DNA of 14,692 nt, taken from positions 1 to 14,692 of the forward strand of contig JBJCIZ010001088.1 of the NCBI GenBank assembly GCA_051294375.1, in the 5' to 3' direction. Made by a program: the position numbers and the translations under genes. Source of the DNA: Paraspadella gotoi. Taxonomy: Eukaryota > Animalia > Chaetognatha. The notes below the pieces were generated by a model. It did not search any database. It was not told the origin of the DNA and saw only the letters and a list, made by a program, of their open reading frames with translations. Shown here one piece after another: positions 10,959 through 14,692 of the stretch. The number at the start of each line of letters is the position of its first letter. Positions within the stretch are counted from its first letter, which is position 1.

Positions 10959-11259
10959 TTTTGCTCGAGGGCACCATCCCACCCACCACCAATTTTTTAT
11001 CTGGTTTAATTTATTAGACAAGAAGTTTATGTACCACAAGCCAATTTTAATTTTCTTAGAAGAATGATTATAGAATAAATTTTTCTGAGAATATAATTTG
11101 TTTTTAAAAAAGATATTATACTAAATATCTCATAGAATTTGTAAAATACCTTTAATAACCAAAATGAACAAAAAAAATCAAATGTAATTTTTATATGGGT
11201 TTTTGATTCTCTGCAATATGCAAATGATTTTATTATTGTAAAGTTCATTATTGCTTTTT

Positions 11260-11332
11260 GTCGTCTTCGTCGTCGTCTTCGTCGTCGTCTTCGTCGTGTC
11301 TTCGTCGTCGTCTTCGTCGTCGTCTTCGACGT
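11260..11332. repeat. (GTC)n microsatellite with 12-bp higher-order period (GTCGTCGTCTTC)
   Basis: tgtcgtcttcgtcgtcgtcttcgtcgtcgtcttcgtcgt... read directly. Confidence 0.9.
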
Positions 11333-11340
11333 CATCTATG

Positions 11341-11563
11341 AAGTTTCGATGGAATAGTCCAAGTGGATATAAGTTTAAATGGAAAAAACTAAAAAATATA
11401 TTTCACTATTTGAACACCAATTACTCATGAGTGGATGGGGCGATTAACTTGAAATTTTGTATTTGGGTATAAAGGTGTGTGATTAAACTGGAAATAAAGT
11501 TTCGATGGAATCGTTTGAGTGGAAATGAGTTTAAATGGAAAAAACAAAGAACCTGTTTCACTA
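11341..11563. repeat. Diverged ~68-bp direct repeat, two copies 156 bp apart
   Basis: aagtttcgatggaat...agtgga...agtttaaatggaaaaaac...tttcacta at 11341-11408 and 11497-11563. Confidence 0.85.
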
Positions 11564-11605
11564 ATTGATTATGCTTCTTTTTCTTTAAATGTAAATGCAA
11601 TATGT

Positions 11606-12034
11606 ATTAATTAATCAAATAATTAATCAGTTAATTAATTAATTAGTCAATTAATCAAACAAAACAAACATTTCGGATCAAATTAATAAATTAATTATGT
11701 GGACGAAGCCGTGAGCAGTTCACCGTCCGTTGAACACAAGGTGCCGAACTTTGGATGGGGCTGTAGTCCGTCACTACAGGTGGGTTAGATGCCCCGTCCC
11801 GCTTTTACTTGTGTGAATCAGCAGGGCGCAAACCCGAGTCCTTTGGGTCGGGAGGAGCTCGTGCTACCTCCGGCGCCATAGGGGCTGCTGATTCTCGGAC
11901 GAGTAACGGGGTATGAAATACTACCGCTACAATTACCTACTTAATTAAATAATTAACTTGAATAAATTAATTATTAAATTAATTAATTAATTAATTAACA
12001 TTGAATTAATATTAATTAATTATTAAATTAATTA
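11606..12034. repeat. (TAAT)n / (TTAA)n low-complexity tract split by an insertion
   Basis: ttaattaa-rich sequence at 11606-11697 and 11941-12034, on both sides of a GC-rich island. Confidence 0.85.
11698..11931. mobile_element. Solo-LTR-like insertion (234 bp) with TGT...ACA termini and 4-bp TSD, Ty3/Gypsy-like
   Basis: atta|TGTGGACG...CCGCTACA|atta, with ATTA at 11694-11697 and 11932-11935. Imperfect terminal inverted repeat TGTGG/CTACA. 57% GC (134/234) against extremely AT-rich flanks, with sharp boundaries. Confidence 0.7.
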
Positions 12035-12127
12035 CCGATAATGATCGTGGTCAGATCCGAAATTGTTTGCTCAAACTTGTTTTTATACTCGTAACGTTTC
12101 CGTTGCCATCGAAACGCGTTATTTAAG

Positions 12128-12326
12128 TCATGTTCCTCGACATTGTTTACTCGCCACAGATCATATCTATTTCCAAGTAAGTTATTGTATTTTGGGATTT
12201 TTGTATTGAAAAAAAGCGCCGGAATAAATGGCGATAATAAAAGTTTTTAGAAGGAAAAAAATAATCAGAATTTTTCAAAAAACGAAGATCAGCAAGGAGA
12301 TCGTATAGACAGAGGACAGGACAAAG

Positions 12327-12360
<34 letters not shown>

Positions 12361-12577
12361 GAGAGAGAAAGAGAGAGAGAGACAAAGAGGGAGAAAGTTT
12401 TCTCGCCAACGAGACGCATTATTATGTCACTTTCGTTTATATCGGTATCATGTTCTCGACATTGTTTAGTAAACAATGTTTACTCGTTGCCCCGCAACGG
12501 CCACGAAATCCAGGTCAAGAGAAAAAAGCGCGGAATAAATGGCGATAATAAAAGTTTTTAGAAGGAAAAAAATAATC

Positions 12578-12580
<3 letters not shown>
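12128..12580. repeat. Local duplication with ~315-bp offset (two conserved blocks)
   Basis: Block A tcatgtt(c)ctcgacattgttta at 12128 and 12448. Block B gaaaaaagcg(c)cggaataaatggcgataataaaagtttttagaaggaaaaaaataatcaga at 12208-12269 and 12521-12580. Confidence 0.9.
12326..12382. repeat. (GA)n microsatellite
   Basis: Direct reading. Confidence 0.9.
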
Positions 12581-12608
<28 letters not shown>

Positions 12609-12626
12609 AAGAGAAAGATAGAGAGA
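12577..12626. repeat. (GA)n microsatellite
   Basis: Direct reading. Confidence 0.9.
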
Positions 12627-12627
12627 A

Positions 12628-12660
12628 GCTGGACAGCCGCTGGACCGCCGCTGCAGAGCC
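12628..12660. repeat. 11-bp GC-rich tandem repeat x3
   Basis: gctggacagcc gctggaccgcc gctgcagagcc. Confidence 0.8.
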
Positions 12661-14430
12661 GAAGTCGTTTTATATATATTTGTTTCTTCCAATATCTTTA
12701 CTCTTTCTCTCACTACTAACTCTTTCTTTCTTTCTTTCTATCTGTTACATAGTGACATGATAATAATGACCTTTTATGTCTTGCGTAAGTGGGGCAGTAA
12801 AGAAACCTGAAAAAATGCAATCATTAATGATCGTCAATGAACCCTTTTTGCGAATTTTTTTTCTTAATTTTAAAATGGATGATAAATAATAGAATTAAAT
12901 TCCCTTTATAAAGGTTGTTATATTTAAAGAAAATTAGCAATACAATTCACACAATGATGTCTTGCTTTGTCAAATATGTCAGCAGTTTAAGTAATTTTTT
13001 AATTTATTACGATAAACAAGCAGTATATCAACTTTTGCTTTGCAGTTGAAGATAATGAAAAAATGATTATTTTTTTTTTACAGACAAGAAGGTAGACGTC
13101 CAGACTGTTTATATCAGTGAAAAAATTTATTATTTATCATTTTTCATATTTAAAAAACATTTTTATCAACTACACAAATTTTTTGCTTGTTTTTTATTTA
13201 ACTAAAAAATACAAGCAAATTATAAAGTTGAGAAAATTTTTAATGATAATTAAAATGTAATCAGACTTTCTTCTTCAATGTACAAAGAAAAACAAAAAAA
13301 TTTCATATGCTTCATTGAAATTTGTAATTGCAAAAAAACTGTTATACTCTTTAAACTCGTATTCAAATAAAAAACTGTGTTAAAGATTTATGGATAAATT
13401 TAATAAAAACTGTTCTTGAATGTGTCCCATGATTAGGGCTTTAATTTGATACCACACCCACCTTGCTCCCTCTTTTTTTTCAAAAAGATATTCAAGGACA
13501 ATATCTTTTTTTATTACTTTTTTGCTATCTTGCAGTTTTTTTTTTTAACAACCTAAACTTTTGGGCCTTAAAAATGTCGAGTTGGTGTTTTAAAACTTTT
13601 TAATTTTTGTCCAAGGATAATCATAATATCACTCCAAAAATTAAAACTAGCATCTGATTTAAAAAAAGTTTTCGTCTGTTTCCATACATAATTTTTAATA
13701 TCAGTAATTTTTGGATTTTGTCAAAAAGTAAGTAAATATAGCAGTCAGTATTACTAAAATAAAAGAAGTTTATCAAATTATTATAATTGAAAAGGGATAC
13801 AACTGACCAGTAGCTATTAAAAGCATCATGAACAAATAATTAAAAATTATGTTCATTATGCTAAAAAAAATTTCAAAGTATCAATTTTTTCCATATATTA
13901 ATTATTTAAATTATTTATTTTTATATCAAAACATAATCATAATAAACTTACTATATATGTATTTGAAAGCTATATTAGGTAGGTAAGTCGCATTAAATAT
14001 AAAATTTTTCTTCTAATCATTTGGCATAGCTATAATTTTTTTTTAATTTACAATTACCTGAAAAAAAATTTAAAATAATATTTAATAAAGAAAAATTAAT
14101 TACAAGATTAAACTATTAAAGATAGAATAATGGTTATGGACTCAAACGAAAGAAAATTGTTCATAGATTATGGATGATGCATGATATTTTTCTTTTTAAA
14201 AAATTTTAACCTTTTTTAATTTTTTTTATTCTACTTATTGATTTGTATATAGCATAATTTTAATATTAATTTTATAAAAAAAACTGTCATTAGGAAAAAT
14301 TTGTTTTACCCTTTTTTTTGTGGTTAGGCCCAAAGGTCCGGGGAACGTATCCCGGGACATCTCATTCTTGTGCACTCCATGTCGATTAAATCGATGTAAA
14401 AAGGAACCGTGTCACTCTATCTTTCTATTA

Positions 14431-14433
<3 letters not shown>

Positions 14434-14481
<48 letters not shown>

Positions 14482-14580
14482 GCTTTCTATCAGCCACGAG
14501 TTCTCTCTCTCTCTCTTTCTCTCTTTTTCTCTCTTTCTTTCTCTCTCTCTCTCTCTCTTTACTTGTTTTTCGCTTCTCTC
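14434..14580. repeat. (TC)n microsatellite
   Basis: Direct reading. Confidence 0.95.
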
Positions 14581-14692
14581 TTCCCCTTCTTTTCAAATTT
14601 TTCGTACAAAAAGTAGAGATTTCAGATTCCCCGTTCTTTCTTTATATACTTCTTCGAGTTAACAACCTGATTGGAAATGCTTATATCTCGAT

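Noticed and set aside
11885-11920. Hammerhead ribozyme core (CTGCTGA...GAAA)
   Set aside because: CUGCUGA deviates from CUGANGA and sits inside a 10-bp helix; GAAA lies in a separate hairpin loop, and stems I-III cannot be built.
11698-11931. Known ncRNA (7SL/SRP, telomerase RNA, RNase P/MRP)
   Set aside because: Only a short CTGTAGTCC match to the SRP Alu domain, no proper TTAGG-type template and no conserved P4 motifs. The TG..CA ends with a TSD favour a mobile element. An Rfam search is still needed.
12760-14318. Hidden gene in the long AT-rich stretch
   Set aside because: No ORF in the track and no recognisable motif; consistent with ordinary intronic or intergenic DNA.

Overview
Eukaryotic, AT-rich, repeat-dominated non-coding DNA. 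The (GA)n, (GAC)n, (GAT)n and (TTCA)n microsatellites and abundant CpG suggest an insect, possibly a hymenopteran (inference). Frequent single-base, mostly insertion-type indels suggest a raw or poorly polished long read. No intact gene is supported, and most listed ORFs are translations of microsatellites. Main contents: (1) a decayed minus-strand non-LTR retrotransposon ORF1/gag remnant with an R1-clade-like 'MKLGW' motif and a broken CCHC zinc knuckle (~2285-2640, possibly extending to ~3537); (2) a 3.3-kb tandem array of 42 copies of a ~75-77 bp unit (7627-10958) whose unit start resembles a Tc1-family transposon end; (3) a 234-bp, 57% GC island (11698-11931) with TGT...ACA ends and a 4-bp ATTA target-site duplication, which looks like a solo LTR and can pair into helices along most of its length; (4) several short local duplications, one with a template-switch inverted insertion.
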